Sequence record: MZ892903.1
Reading direction: 5' to 3' (one strand)
Origin: Escherichia phage ELT1
DNA: 64,000 nt
Within the stretch, counting starts at the first letter, position 1. Each line of letters begins with the position of its first letter. Positions 48,660-58,320 of this stretch are shown here, one piece after another. The notes under the pieces were generated by a model. It was not told the DNA's origin. It did not search any database and worked only from the letters and a program-made list of their open reading frames with translations. The position numbers and the translations under genes are program-made.

Positions 48660-48695
48660 ATAATACCACGGTTTGAACTTGTTGTAAACAACTTT
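48660..48695 (-). promoter_or_regulatory. T4-type early promoter
   Basis: GTTTAC (revcomp) 48684-48689, -10 TAATACCAC 48661-48669. Confidence 0.45.
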
Positions 48696-48765
48696 GTGAA
48701 AATATTTTAGGGAATGATAAGAAAGGAACGATAGCTTAGAATGGTAATATACAGAATGTAAGAAA

Positions 48766-48785
48766 GAAAGGCCCAGAGGGCCTAT
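48766..48785 (-). terminator. terminator-like hairpin 3' of nrdH
   Basis: AGGCCC-AGA-GGGCCT. Confidence 0.45.
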
Positions 48786-48786
48786 C

Positions 48787-49110
48787 TTAGTCTTCTATGA
48801 TATCTCTATCATATCCAAGTGAAATGAGGGTTTCTTTGAAGTGTTTAATGTTCTTTTGTCTGGAATCATTAATGAAAATGACTGGATAACGAATGTTAAG
48901 AGATGTGAATCCGGCGCGTTTAGCAAGAGATACAATCAGTGGACGATCATACTCAATCTTACCATTATTTGTAAGAACTTTATAGAAAGTAAAAGGAGCA
49001 TTGAGCTCCTTTAGAAGTTTTGTAACTGATTGACATCCAGGACAACGACCTACTTCATCTGGAATTCCATAGACTTCAATCTTATTCTTTAAGTTCGAGT
49101 TTTGTTCCAC
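48787..49110 (-). CDS. nrdH: NrdH glutaredoxin-like protein, ~107 aa, start uncertain (GTG proposed)
   Basis: CPGC active-site motif; 150-aa ORF overlaps upstream gene, so trimmed to GTG with AAGGA RBS. Confidence 0.55.
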   Translation of the reverse strand: MEQNSNLKNKIEVYGIPDEVGRCPGCQSVTKLLKELNAPFTFYKVLTNNGKIEYDRPLIVSLAKRAGFTSLNIRYPVIFINDSRQKNIKHFKETLISLGYDRDIIED

Positions 49111-49393
49111 GAGAAATAATTCCTTGATAAGCCCAGTATGGCGGGTTAACAGAATCCTCACCAGAGTTTTCTTCAGGAAAATAAACCTGGATAACGAAGC
49201 CGGATTCATCAAAGGTAAAATAAACCGTAGGCAGTTCACCTAACAAATCGGCACGAGCGTTGATTTCTTCGAGGTCTTGTTCACGTCCAGCCCAGAAGCT
49301 TGGGTTCAGACTACATTCATAGAAATAATAGTCATTACCGAACATATCAAAACCATTCCAACTCTCTACTACATACCGCTCAAAACTAATCAT
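49082..49393 (-). CDS. hypothetical protein, 103 aa
   Basis: ORF track. Confidence 0.45.
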   Translation of the reverse strand: MISFERYVVESWNGFDMFGNDYYFYECSLNPSFWAGREQDLEEINARADLLGELPTVYFTFDESGFVIQVYFPEENSGEDSVNPPYWAYQGIISRGTKLELKE

Positions 49394-49395
49394 AA

Positions 49396-49611
49396 TTAAG
49401 CCTTTTTATCAAGAACAGCATTCAGCTTGTTAGTAATTTTATCCAGACGCTCATTGAACTCACTAGAAGATAAACCTTTTTCTGGAGAAATTAAGCTAAT
49501 CACGAAAAATACAACAATAAAAGGAATAAGGAAAATAGCTCCAACTGCCATAAACAGAAAGAATGTTACAGTTGTAAGAAAATCAGCTAAACCTTTACGA
49601 AATTTATACAT
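49396..49611 (-). CDS. hypothetical membrane protein, 71 aa
   Basis: hydrophobic stretch TVTFFLFMAVGAIFLIPFIVVFFVISLI. Confidence 0.45.
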   Translation of the reverse strand: MYKFRKGLADFLTTVTFFLFMAVGAIFLIPFIVVFFVISLISPEKGLSSSEFNERLDKITNKLNAVLDKKA

Positions 49612-49726
49612 ATTTTATCCTTAATTAATTAACCAAGCATTGATAAGTACTAAACTATACTGCGAATAAAATTCTGGACCAAAATGAAAAATCATATCAT
49701 TTATAGTATCAATAATATAATTCAGT

Positions 49727-50197
49727 TTAATCATGTTTCCACACCCCATCGGTATTTGACCAAAGTCGCTGATTATCTGATCCTCGCCACAGCTTTTTGG
49801 TCGGAAGATTTTTCTCATACTTCCCATCAATAATAACATCAACATATTTAAGCATTTCTAGTTGTTTAATATCTTCAAACTTATATCCTGTCCACAACCA
49901 GATATCTTTCTCCGGAAATCTTGCTTTAACCCAAGAAACTAAATTTGAAATCTCTTCTCGGTTCTGTGGATAAAGTGGGTCACCACCGGTTAAGGTAAGG
50001 CCTTGGATATACGATTTGCTTAAATGGGACGCAAGTTCTTTAACGGTATTCATAGTGAATAACTGTCCGTTACGAGCATTCCAAGTACTACGATTATAAC
50101 AACCTTCGCATTTATGCAAACATCCAGTGACGAAGAGAACGACCCTGCATCCAGGACCATTAACAAAGCAGCACGGGTATATTCTATCATAATTCAT
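49727..50197 (-). CDS. nrdG: anaerobic ribonucleotide reductase activating protein (radical SAM), 156 aa
   Basis: ORF trimmed to MNYDRIYPCCFVNGPGCRVV...; cysteine cluster CLHKCEGC. Confidence 0.85.
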   Translation of the reverse strand: MNYDRIYPCCFVNGPGCRVVLFVTGCLHKCEGCYNRSTWNARNGQLFTMNTVKELASHLSKSYIQGLTLTGGDPLYPQNREEISNLVSWVKARFPEKDIWLWTGYKFEDIKQLEMLKYVDVIIDGKYEKNLPTKKLWRGSDNQRLWSNTDGVWKHD

Positions 50198-50819
50198 CTT
50201 TATATTTCCAAGTATATCCCTTATGAATAGATTGAATTCCTTTGCAACATTTATAAACAGCAGAATGAAAAAATCCTGCATTTCTTATTTCAGTTGCTCC
50301 AGTTAGTTCTATTGTATTTCCGTCTGGTGAATAGCCAATAACCGTTTTGGTGTTAAAGCGATTTCTAGAACTATTTTTGATATGCTCTTTATGACTAGTA
50401 GACAAAGTTCTTCCTGTTAGCCCATCAGATATCCTTTTTCCAAAATCATCAGGAAGAGTTACTTTAGACCTAGCTATGCTCATTAGCTTCTTAGTTTTAT
50501 CGCTTCTTTTTGTGCCACGCTGATTTTCAAATTTCTTAGCTTTTGCATACGCGTATTGTGAAGAAGTAACTTTTCTATGCTTACTATTACTCATTATCCA
50601 ATATGCATCATACATCTTTCCACCACATATTTTAGCCAATAAATGGTGAGCAGTATAGTGGGCCTTATAAGTTAAAAATACTAAGTTGTCTAAATCATCT
50701 GAACCACCCATGCTTCTTGGAATTATATGATGAAGTTCATACCCGGCTTTAGTTTGACGGGGCTTAGATGGGTGTTCAGCAGAATTAACTAGATTTGAAT
50801 AGATTCTGTCATAATTCAT
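50187..50819 (-). CDS. HNH homing endonuclease, 210 aa
   Basis: MNYDRIYSNL... and HHIIPRSMGGSDDLDNLVFLTYKAHYTAHH; free-standing between nrdG and nrdD. Confidence 0.75.
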   Translation of the reverse strand: MNYDRIYSNLVNSAEHPSKPRQTKAGYELHHIIPRSMGGSDDLDNLVFLTYKAHYTAHHLLAKICGGKMYDAYWIMSNSKHRKVTSSQYAYAKAKKFENQRGTKRSDKTKKLMSIARSKVTLPDDFGKRISDGLTGRTLSTSHKEHIKNSSRNRFNTKTVIGYSPDGNTIELTGATEIRNAGFFHSAVYKCCKGIQSIHKGYTWKYKDEL

Positions 50820-50831
50820 TGGTGTTTAACC

Positions 50832-52111
50832 CTATGCATGTTTTACTCGTTTTACCATTTCTTTCATTTTACCTAAATTCCATGGGACAACGCTAGGAGT
50901 TCCAAGATATCCGCATGTTCTTCTTATGGTGTTCATCTTTTTAGGATCAGTTTCTCCACAAATAGAACAAACAAATCCGTTTTCAGTAGGAGTCATTTCA
51001 TGGGTACTTCCACATGTAAAACATTTATCTACTGGCATGTTAACACCAAAATAATCTAAATGTTGCGCAGCATAATCCCATACGGCCTCAAGACCTTTTA
51101 AGTTATTTTTCATATCAGGAAGCTCAACATAAGAAATGTGACCACCTGTCGCAATGAAATGATATGGCGCTTCACGAGAAATCTTTTCAAACGGAGTAAT
51201 ATTTTCTTCTACTGAAACATGGAAACTGTTAGTGTACCAGCCTTTATCAGTAACATCTTTTACACTTCCATATTTTTCTGTATCGAGTTTACAGAAGCGA
51301 TAACAAAGGTTTTCAGCAGGAGTCGAATATAAACTAAAAGCAAATCCGGTTCTTTCAGTCCACTGTTTAAGATGGGCATTCATTTTAGTTAAAATTTCTT
51401 GTCCAATATCACGACCGACAAGAATATTCAATTCATGAATACCAATGTATCCTAAAGACACTGAACTTCTACCGTTTTTAAATAACTCAATTATGTCGTC
51501 ATCAGGTTTAAGACGAACCCCGAATGCACCTTCTTGGTAAAGAATAGGAGCAACAGTCGCTTTAACTCCTTTTAAGGAACTAATTCTACACATCAAAGCT
51601 TCAAAACACAAATCCATTCGTTCATTGAATAATTCAACAAATTTCTGTTCATTGAACTGTGTTCCAATATAAGAATCTAATGCGATACGAGGAAGATTCA
51701 GTGTTACAACACCAAGATTATTACGTCCATCAAGAATTTCATTACCAGTCGAATCTTTCCATACACTCAAGAAACTACGGCAACCCATTGGAGAAACAGG
51801 AACAGATGAACCAGTGATAGCTTTATTGTTCTTAGCTGAAATAATATCAGGATACATTCTTTTGCTTGCGCACTCTAGAGCAAGCTGCTTAATATCATAG
51901 TTCGGATCGTCTTTATAAAGATTAACACCTTCTTCAACGAACATAACAAGCTTAGGGAAAATAGGAGTTATCCCATCACGACCAAGACCTTTAATACGAT
52001 TTTTCAGAATTGCTTTCTGAATCATTCGTTCAGTCCAGTCAGTTCCCGTACCAAATGTAATTGTTACAAAAGGCGTTTGTCCATTAGAGCTGAAAAGTGT
52101 ATTTACTTCAT
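50832..52111 (-). CDS. nrdD: anaerobic ribonucleotide reductase NrdD, exon 2 (426 codons incl. split Tyr)
   Basis: glycyl-radical C-terminus and zinc ribbon CFTCGSTH...CSICGE; exon 1 + exon 2 = 605 aa as recalled for T4 NrdD. Confidence 0.85.
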
Positions 52112-53156
52112 CATTATATTCAGCATGAGTCGCAAATTCATGCCCGTTTATATGAAACAACAAAATTTGGATAGTCCATAGATATGCAACGTTCTTTTAT
52201 AGTGCTAGGATGAAAATTTAGCGCTTTAGCTGCTTCTATATAAGACGTATACTTAATACCGTCAACAACCACATATTCAGGAACTTTATGAATAGTAGTC
52301 TTAATACTCAAAACAAGAGGATGAGTTTCGACTTCACTTTCAGTGCAATTTAAATATTCCGCTGCTTTTTTAAAACTTCTAAAAGTTTTATTTTTAAGCT
52401 TTATCGATACTTGTTTTTTACTTTTTCGACTATTGACATTATTTTGCACATGTTCCTTAGATCTTCCGTTTTTAGCATAATATTCAGCTACAGAAGATTT
52501 TATATTGTTTTTATGAGATTCGGATAACACTTTACCCTTATGAGCATCTCTTAATTTTTGAATATGTTCTTCAGTATCCGGATGCTTATAAAACTTTTTA
52601 CCGCCTATGGATTTATTTAAACATTTTTTGCTATAAAAATATTTACGTATGACCTCTTCTTCATGTTTTAATGCATCTTTATAACTATCAAATGTTTTTA
52701 AAATTATCCATTTAGTAGGTGTATCAGTTTTTAAGCGTTCATTTATATACTTAGATGACGTTGTGTAAGTTTTCCAGTTTGTGGGCTTGTTTTTAATTGT
52801 TCTAAATTTTTTATAACCGATATAAATGTCGCCATTAGAAAACTTAACTAAGTATGTAAATGCGTCTTTATCTTTTATTTTAGTACAACGTCTTTTTATC
52901 CATTTCATTGTTTCACCTCGTATTCATAAGATAATCTTATTTATACAAGATGACTGCTGCATGTCGCCATGCAGATTAGACTATATCTTCATCTTTCGAT
53001 GCCGGCCGTTTCGAATAGCATTAGCTTCTATTCTACACCGCTACATTCATCACGGTTAGTCGTTAGGCATTTAGTTCAAAAGAACATTTAGCACGGGATT
53101 GTCTACTAGAGAGGTTCCCCGTTTAGACCGGTTTTACATGAGCCTGAATTAAATTA
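52112..53156 (-). mobile_element. group I self-splicing intron in nrdD carrying the I-TevII ORF
   Basis: ~1.0-kb non-coding interruption of nrdD with internal GIY-YIG ORF; junction placed by homology (AFQAYE|YEVNTLF vs E. coli AFQALEYEVNTL); last intron base is G. Confidence 0.65.
52138..52908 (-). CDS. intron-encoded GIY-YIG homing endonuclease I-TevII, 256 aa
   Basis: YLVKFSNGDIYIGYKK motif; GAGGTGA RBS; inside nrdD intron. Confidence 0.85.
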   Translation of the reverse strand: MKWIKRRCTKIKDKDAFTYLVKFSNGDIYIGYKKFRTIKNKPTNWKTYTTSSKYINERLKTDTPTKWIILKTFDSYKDALKHEEEVIRKYFYSKKCLNKSIGGKKFYKHPDTEEHIQKLRDAHKGKVLSESHKNNIKSSVAEYYAKNGRSKEHVQNNVNSRKSKKQVSIKLKNKTFRSFKKAAEYLNCTESEVETHPLVLSIKTTIHKVPEYVVVDGIKYTSYIEAAKALNFHPSTIKERCISMDYPNFVVSYKRA

Positions 53157-53694
53157 ACTCATACGCCTGGAATGCATCGTATACGTCTTTTTCTGTTTTA
53201 GATTGGGCATAATTCAACGCATCAGCGATTTGCCATTTTTCTGCATCCTCAATATGTTTTGCATAGGTGCGTTTAACATAAGGAGAAAGTACTTTATCTA
53301 CATTCGCAAAAGTCGTTCCGCCATATTGATGGGAAGCAACCTGCGCAGTAATTTGTGCCATAATTGCAGTAGCAACACCGATTGATTTAGGAGTTTCAAT
53401 CTGTGCATTACCAAGCTTAAATCCGTTCTCAAGCATTCCTTTTAAATCTACTAAACAGCAATTAGTAAATGGAAGAGCAGGGGAATAATCAATATCGTGC
53501 ACGTGAATAATTCCGCTTTCATGCGCTTTCATAATAAAAGACGGGACCATATTTTTGGCAATGTGTTTAGACACAATACCGGCCATAAGGTCCCGTTGAG
53601 TTGGAAAAACACGAGAATCTTTATTAGCATTCTCGTTTAAAAGGTCTTTATTAGTTTTATGAATCAATCCTTCAATTTCTTTTTCAATTGTCAT
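53157..53694 (-). CDS. nrdD: anaerobic ribonucleotide reductase NrdD, exon 1 (179 codons + first base of split Tyr)
   Basis: MTIEKEIEGLIHK...DVYDAFQAYE; ORF runs into intron and stops after ELI. Confidence 0.85.
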
Positions 53695-54164
53695 TTTAAA
53701 CTCTTTCTAAGCTGCTTCTTAAATGAAGCTATTAATTGTGTTTTGGTGTCAGATTCATTATATTCAAATCCTCTTTGAAGCATCTCAGCCATCATTTCCT
53801 CTTTTCCTAAACGAGAAAATTCCTTTGATTTATCTCCAACGAAGTTAGGGTGAATATTATTTTGGGTGTAATCGGATTTTAAATAAGTAAGTAAATTTTC
53901 TAACCATTCAAGATAATCAACACCTTGTCCCTTTAAGCCAGAACGATTAAATTTGTGCTTCATTTGACCTTCTGCAGCATTGCAGAGATTACAAAGCAAT
54001 CCACGTATCTTTCCTGCTTTTGGTCCATTTAATTCATGGTCATGGTCGAGGTGATTAGCTTGAACATCAGGATTTAGTTCTCGTTGGCAAATTAAGCATT
54101 TACCGTTTTGTGCATTATAAAATTTTTGTTTTTCTTCTTTGTATAATTTGCCAGTCAATAACAT
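53691..54164 (-). CDS. 49: endonuclease VII (Holliday-junction resolvase), 157 aa
   Basis: zinc-binding CLIC...C; matches recalled T4 gp49. Confidence 0.85.
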   Translation of the reverse strand: MLLTGKLYKEEKQKFYNAQNGKCLICQRELNPDVQANHLDHDHELNGPKAGKIRGLLCNLCNAAEGQMKHKFNRSGLKGQGVDYLEWLENLLTYLKSDYTQNNIHPNFVGDKSKEFSRLGKEEMMAEMLQRGFEYNESDTKTQLIASFKKQLRKSLK

Positions 54165-54213
54165 AATAAAACCCTTACCTTAAATAGATAAGGGTATTTA
54201 TTATTTTCAAGTA

Positions 54214-54678
54214 TTAAAACGCTCGGTCAGAAAAAGAAATTTGAGTTTCAAGCCATTCAATATATTCTGCCGCGGCTTGCATCAAATTTCCTTCATAACC
54301 ATCGTTATTTTCTTGTGCAGCTAATTTAGCTAATGCATATGAAATGCGTTCACCTTGAAAAGCGGCTTTAGGTTTATGAATAGCTTGATCAACTCGTTCT
54401 ACGACTTCTTCAATTTCGCCATTTTCTACTGATTCAGTATTCCACAAGCACCAATACGTAATTGGCTTATCGTAGATGTTAATAATCTTTCCATCAGAAA
54501 GTTCAATTTCAATAATTCCAGTATCAGGTTCTATATCATCTTCACATTCTTTTGCAAGTTCACGAACTTTAAAGACAGTACCTGCACTAAGTTCCGGCCA
54601 GTAATTACACAGCCCTATATCAGCACGATTAATTCTAAACCACTTATCTACTGTAATCATGTCCCATCTCCATATCAA
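54214..54678 (-). CDS. hypothetical protein, 154 aa
   Basis: ORF track. Confidence 0.45.
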   Translation of the reverse strand: MIWRWDMITVDKWFRINRADIGLCNYWPELSAGTVFKVRELAKECEDDIEPDTGIIEIELSDGKIINIYDKPITYWCLWNTESVENGEIEEVVERVDQAIHKPKAAFQGERISYALAKLAAQENNDGYEGNLMQAAAEYIEWLETQISFSDRAF

Positions 54679-54783
54679 TTAAGTCATTTATCGTAGGTTC
54701 ATTATATACTGTTTCTTCATCAGTGTAAACCGGTTCTTCCGGCTCTGGCTCTACAGTTTCCCATCTAGCCGCCCACCAGGGTT

Positions 54784-55104
54784 TTATAGCGTAATCCATT
54801 CTCGTATTGTCTGGGTTACTACACGTTCACGGGGCTCGACTAATTCAACAGTCGGAACTGCATAATACCAGTCAGAATGGTAAGAACCTGAACGGCATTC
54901 ATTTACGGAAACATGTACATTATGTTTTGGGCTAAAATAAACACACTGCCGATATTGGCATTTGCCATCTTGTACCCAGTCTTCTATTTCGATAGGTTTA
55001 AGATAATCCGAAAAATCGAAATCATAATTTTCTGAAAATGCATCATGGTCTTCGATGATTTCACTCAGAACTGCATCAACATCTAATTTATTTTCAATAT
55101 TCAT
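54784..55104 (-). CDS. hypothetical protein, 106 aa
   Basis: ORF track. Confidence 0.45.
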   Translation of the reverse strand: MNIENKLDVDAVLSEIIEDHDAFSENYDFDFSDYLKPIEIEDWVQDGKCQYRQCVYFSPKHNVHVSVNECRSGSYHSDWYYAVPTVELVEPRERVVTQTIREWITL

Positions 55105-55114
55105 TTTTCACCAA

Positions 55115-55324
55115 TTAATTTCGCAATTTATTAAGTTCTTCATAATCAATCCAGGATTCTAATCCTGATGGCAAATCAGATTCAATTTCCCAAAGAAGTT
55201 CTTCAATTTTATGAAGACGATCTAATTCTTCAGCTGGAATAGTAACCATTGATGGAGTTCTTGATACACTAATATCGTAAATCATATTTACCCCAGTTTG
55301 ACCATGCAATCGCCGTATTTCCAC
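55115..55324 (-). CDS. hypothetical protein, 69 aa
   Basis: ORF track. Confidence 0.4.
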   Translation of the reverse strand: MEIRRLHGQTGVNMIYDISVSRTPSMVTIPAEELDRLHKIEELLWEIESDLPSGLESWIDYEELNKLRN

Positions 55325-55503
55325 TTAGAAATAGACTTTTCGCCATTAGAATAATAAACTTCGAGTTTAGCACGGTTATTTTTAATTTGAATAATCTTTG
55401 CTGTCATCAAAGTTCCATATCCATAGTAAACTGCAACTTCATCACCTACATATACCGCGCTTCCACGATAATCATGGATATAATCAGTTCCTTCGAGCAT
55501 CAT
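55288..55503 (-). CDS. hypothetical protein, 71 aa
   Basis: ORF track. Confidence 0.4.
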   Translation of the reverse strand: MMLEGTDYIHDYRGSAVYVGDEVAVYYGYGTLMTAKIIQIKNNRAKLEVYYSNGEKSISKWKYGDCMVKLG

Positions 55504-55763
55504 TTAAAGTATTCCCGCAATTGGTCAAATCCACCAATATGACTTCCATCAGGAGCAAATACCTGAGGCATTGTCAAGCCGATTTGAGTATCACGACCTA
55601 GTTTAGTCAGAAGCTCAGCAATTTTCTCATCATCAAAAACACCTTTTTCCGGCATAATGTTGATAAATTCAAACGGCTGTTTCTTCACAGTCAAGAGACG
55701 TTTTGCATTATCGCAATACACGCATTTGTGGATGTTGCTATCATAACCATATACTTTAAACAT
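55500..55763 (-). CDS. nrdC: NrdC thioredoxin/glutaredoxin, 87 aa
   Basis: active site CVYC; length as recalled for T4 NrdC. Confidence 0.8.
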   Translation of the reverse strand: MFKVYGYDSNIHKCVYCDNAKRLLTVKKQPFEFINIMPEKGVFDDEKIAELLTKLGRDTQIGLTMPQVFAPDGSHIGGFDQLREYFK

Positions 55764-55764
55764 A

Positions 55765-56007
55765 TTATTCCTTAATTCCTAGTACTTGTTTAAAAGTCTC
55801 GTCGTAATCAAGACTTTGGCCCGTTTGTTCTTTATGTTTGTATATAATATCACTTACTTCTGATAGCATATTTTTATATGAACGAGTTAAAGCAGATTTA
55901 AACACGCTGTATCTATCAGGAAATTTACCATGTTCATTATAATACGCTATTGCTAATTCACGGACTGCCTTTTCAGCAGTCTCCATATATTCTTTACGCT
56001 TGGCCAT
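55765..56007 (-). CDS. hypothetical protein, ~80 aa
   Basis: ORF 55765-56148 trimmed to [13 protein letters not shown]... Confidence 0.4.
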   Translation of the reverse strand: MAKRKEYMETAEKAVRELAIAYYNEHGKFPDRYSVFKSALTRSYKNMLSEVSDIIYKHKEQTGQSLDYDETFKQVLGIKE

Positions 56008-56308
56008 TTTCTTCTCGGTCAAATCGGTGTTTACAATGACGACATTTATAACGAAGATTACTAGTCTGCCAATGGACCAATTGCACCTGTTCAGTTCCAC
56101 ATTCAGGGCAATTAGGAACGTTTTTAGAAGCCCTTTCACGACGTTCAACCATAACCATTACAGAATCCCAATTAACAGGAGGGCTATAATCATCACAACC
56201 ATGAATCTTTCCACGCATTTCCAGATCGTCTTCTTCACCAGCCATAATAATTTTAATTAGACTAGAATTACTTGAAGCTGCAATGTCTTCTAATAGACGC
56301 TTTTTCAT
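55994..56308 (-). CDS. zinc-ribbon protein, 104 aa
   Basis: CPECG...CRHC. Confidence 0.45.
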   Translation of the reverse strand: MKKRLLEDIAASSNSSLIKIIMAGEEDDLEMRGKIHGCDDYSPPVNWDSVMVMVERRERASKNVPNCPECGTEQVQLVHWQTSNLRYKCRHCKHRFDREENGQA

Positions 56309-56655
56309 TTCAATACCTCAATAGCATTGCGTAAACCATTTGCTTTTGCATTAAGAGCTTTTAACAATTTGGTGTGTTCTGCAATTTGGGCTTCAACTTC
56401 AATCAAACGAGCATTGAGATATTCGCGTTCTTCACTCAGATTATCAGCCTTTTCTGCTTTAGGTTCTTTTACAACTTGCTTATATGTATTAGGGTTCTTC
56501 AGTTTAATTAGAATGCGTGAACTGTACAGCATTGAACCATTATCTTCGGTTTCGTCATACATTTCCACTACGTCCATCATCTCCACCATCGTGCAGAGTT
56601 TATAAGACAACGAACGAATAATTTTGTTGTGCTTATTAATTTCTCTAGCTGTCAT
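56305..56655 (-). CDS. hypothetical protein, 116 aa
   Basis: ORF track. Confidence 0.45.
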   Translation of the reverse strand: MTAREINKHNKIIRSLSYKLCTMVEMMDVVEMYDETEDNGSMLYSSRILIKLKNPNTYKQVVKEPKAEKADNLSEEREYLNARLIEVEAQIAEHTKLLKALNAKANGLRNAIEVLK

Positions 56656-56695
56656 GGTGCCGAGATTACGTGAGTAATAATAAGGAACCTGGATA

Positions 56696-57235
56696 TTAAT
56701 TAATTAATACTGATGAACCACCTGGCTTGTGTGTTACTTCATCAGCAATAACCCAATCCTTAACATGAACTGTATTTGTACGGTCATCGCCCGCGGTAAA
56801 TAGTTTACGAGCATGCTTAAAAAGCATATTCACTTGGTCATTGAATTGACAAGCGAATTTATCAGCAAATTTAGTTTCGGGAATGGTAGATAACCAATCA
56901 GCCAAATGGGTCTTTTTAACATCGTTAACAATAGTAAATTCAACCAAATCGGTTATAGATGTCGCAGTTTTAATGAATCTCGGCTTCATAAAGTTTTTAA
57001 TGTTATCGCGAGCTACAGTAGAAGATAACATACGAGAACGTTTAAACCATTCAAGTAAATTGCCTAACGAATGAGAATAAGCGTTCTGAGTATCTTTACA
57101 GATATGATTTTCCTGGCCAACATACTGAAGGAAATCACGAAGAATATTATTGATTACTGCTCTGTGTCCTATCTGATAATCACGATGTTTAGTAATAAGA
57201 CTGTCAAAATAATCAATATAATGTTTACGAGTCAT
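56696..57235 (-). CDS. hypothetical protein, ~179 aa
   Basis: ORF 56696-57265 trimmed to MTRKHYIDYF... Confidence 0.45.
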   Translation of the reverse strand: MTRKHYIDYFDSLITKHRDYQIGHRAVINNILRDFLQYVGQENHICKDTQNAYSHSLGNLLEWFKRSRMLSSTVARDNIKNFMKPRFIKTATSITDLVEFTIVNDVKKTHLADWLSTIPETKFADKFACQFNDQVNMLFKHARKLFTAGDDRTNTVHVKDWVIADEVTHKPGGSSVLIN

Positions 57236-57261
57236 ATTAATCTCCTCAGTAGAAAGTAAGA

Positions 57262-57296
57262 ACATTATACCACATCCTTGTGGCGAAGTAAACTAG
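57262..57296 (-). promoter_or_regulatory. T4-type early promoter
   Basis: GTTTAC (revcomp) 57289-57294, -10 ATTATACCAC 57265-57274, CCACATCCTTGTGG palindrome. Confidence 0.45.
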
Positions 57297-58312
57297 TTTA
57301 GTGCATTGTTTAGTTTAGAACGTTGCTTCGTGAGATTTTTGACTTTTTCTTGAGCTTTTTCTAGCATCTTTTCAGCTTCTAACACTTCATTAGTTGCTTT
57401 AACGAGTTCATCATCTACTGCCTTGATAGACTTCTCAATCGCATCCGCGTGCCATTTTTCAACAGGTTTAAGACTCGGATTTTCAACAGGAAGAAAACTC
57501 ACTTTATTAAGTTTACATGCATCTATATTGCTTGAGCTATACATCCAAAATTTAGGATCGTTTGATAAGTAATTGGATAAATTTAAATTTAAGGTATCTT
57601 GCACTTCTTGCTTTTTCTCTTGCGGGACTTCGTCCTTTCTCAAAAAATCGTATTTAAATGAAACGATCATATCAAGTTCATATGTTGTTGTGTCTAATTT
57701 AAATCGCTCAAAACGAGGTAAAATCTTAGATTGAACAGCAGAAACAACATCCATATACTTAAATGCTTCTGTCAACTGCGATTTAAGGCATTCGCAAATT
57801 GAAAGAGAATTTTTTGTATTAGGTTTAAAGCTAATTCGTGCAGTTCTATTATTTTCTTTTAATGGTCTTACTTCCATCTGAAGAGTATAACCATCAAATT
57901 TCAGGTTCTTTAAGTTAATGTCAGAACCTTTTAATCGACTAGCCGTCGACAAAATTTGCTTTAATTGTTTACGGAATAGAGCAATAAATCTCCATTCAAT
58001 ACGATAATGATTTGGATTGAAAAATCCAGATGATAAATCGACCTTACTCTGACCAACGCCTTGAGCAAATAGAGGATTTTTATAATCAATGGTTTTACAG
58101 AAATCGGTGAGCTGCTCACGAGCCGTCATTTGTGTAATATACCCCGCTTTACTAAAATGACGTAACCATTCACTGCTATTTAGATATTTAAAGTGATGAA
58201 TAGCACGATTAACTTTATCAGGGTCTAAATTATTTTCACACAAAAATGTCATAACATTACGAGTATCGCTGGCAGTACGAACCATATCTTCAATTTGAGA
58301 ACGAGTTTTCAT
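57293..58312 (-). CDS. hypothetical protein, 339 aa, coiled-coil C-terminus
   Basis: ORF track; C-terminal ...ELVKATNEVLEAEKMLEKAQEKVKNLTKQRSKL. Confidence 0.5.
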   Translation of the reverse strand: MKTRSQIEDMVRTASDTRNVMTFLCENNLDPDKVNRAIHHFKYLNSSEWLRHFSKAGYITQMTAREQLTDFCKTIDYKNPLFAQGVGQSKVDLSSGFFNPNHYRIEWRFIALFRKQLKQILSTASRLKGSDINLKNLKFDGYTLQMEVRPLKENNRTARISFKPNTKNSLSICECLKSQLTEAFKYMDVVSAVQSKILPRFERFKLDTTTYELDMIVSFKYDFLRKDEVPQEKKQEVQDTLNLNLSNYLSNDPKFWMYSSSNIDACKLNKVSFLPVENPSLKPVEKWHADAIEKSIKAVDDELVKATNEVLEAEKMLEKAQEKVKNLTKQRSKLNNALN

Positions 58313-58320
58313 GGTATTCC

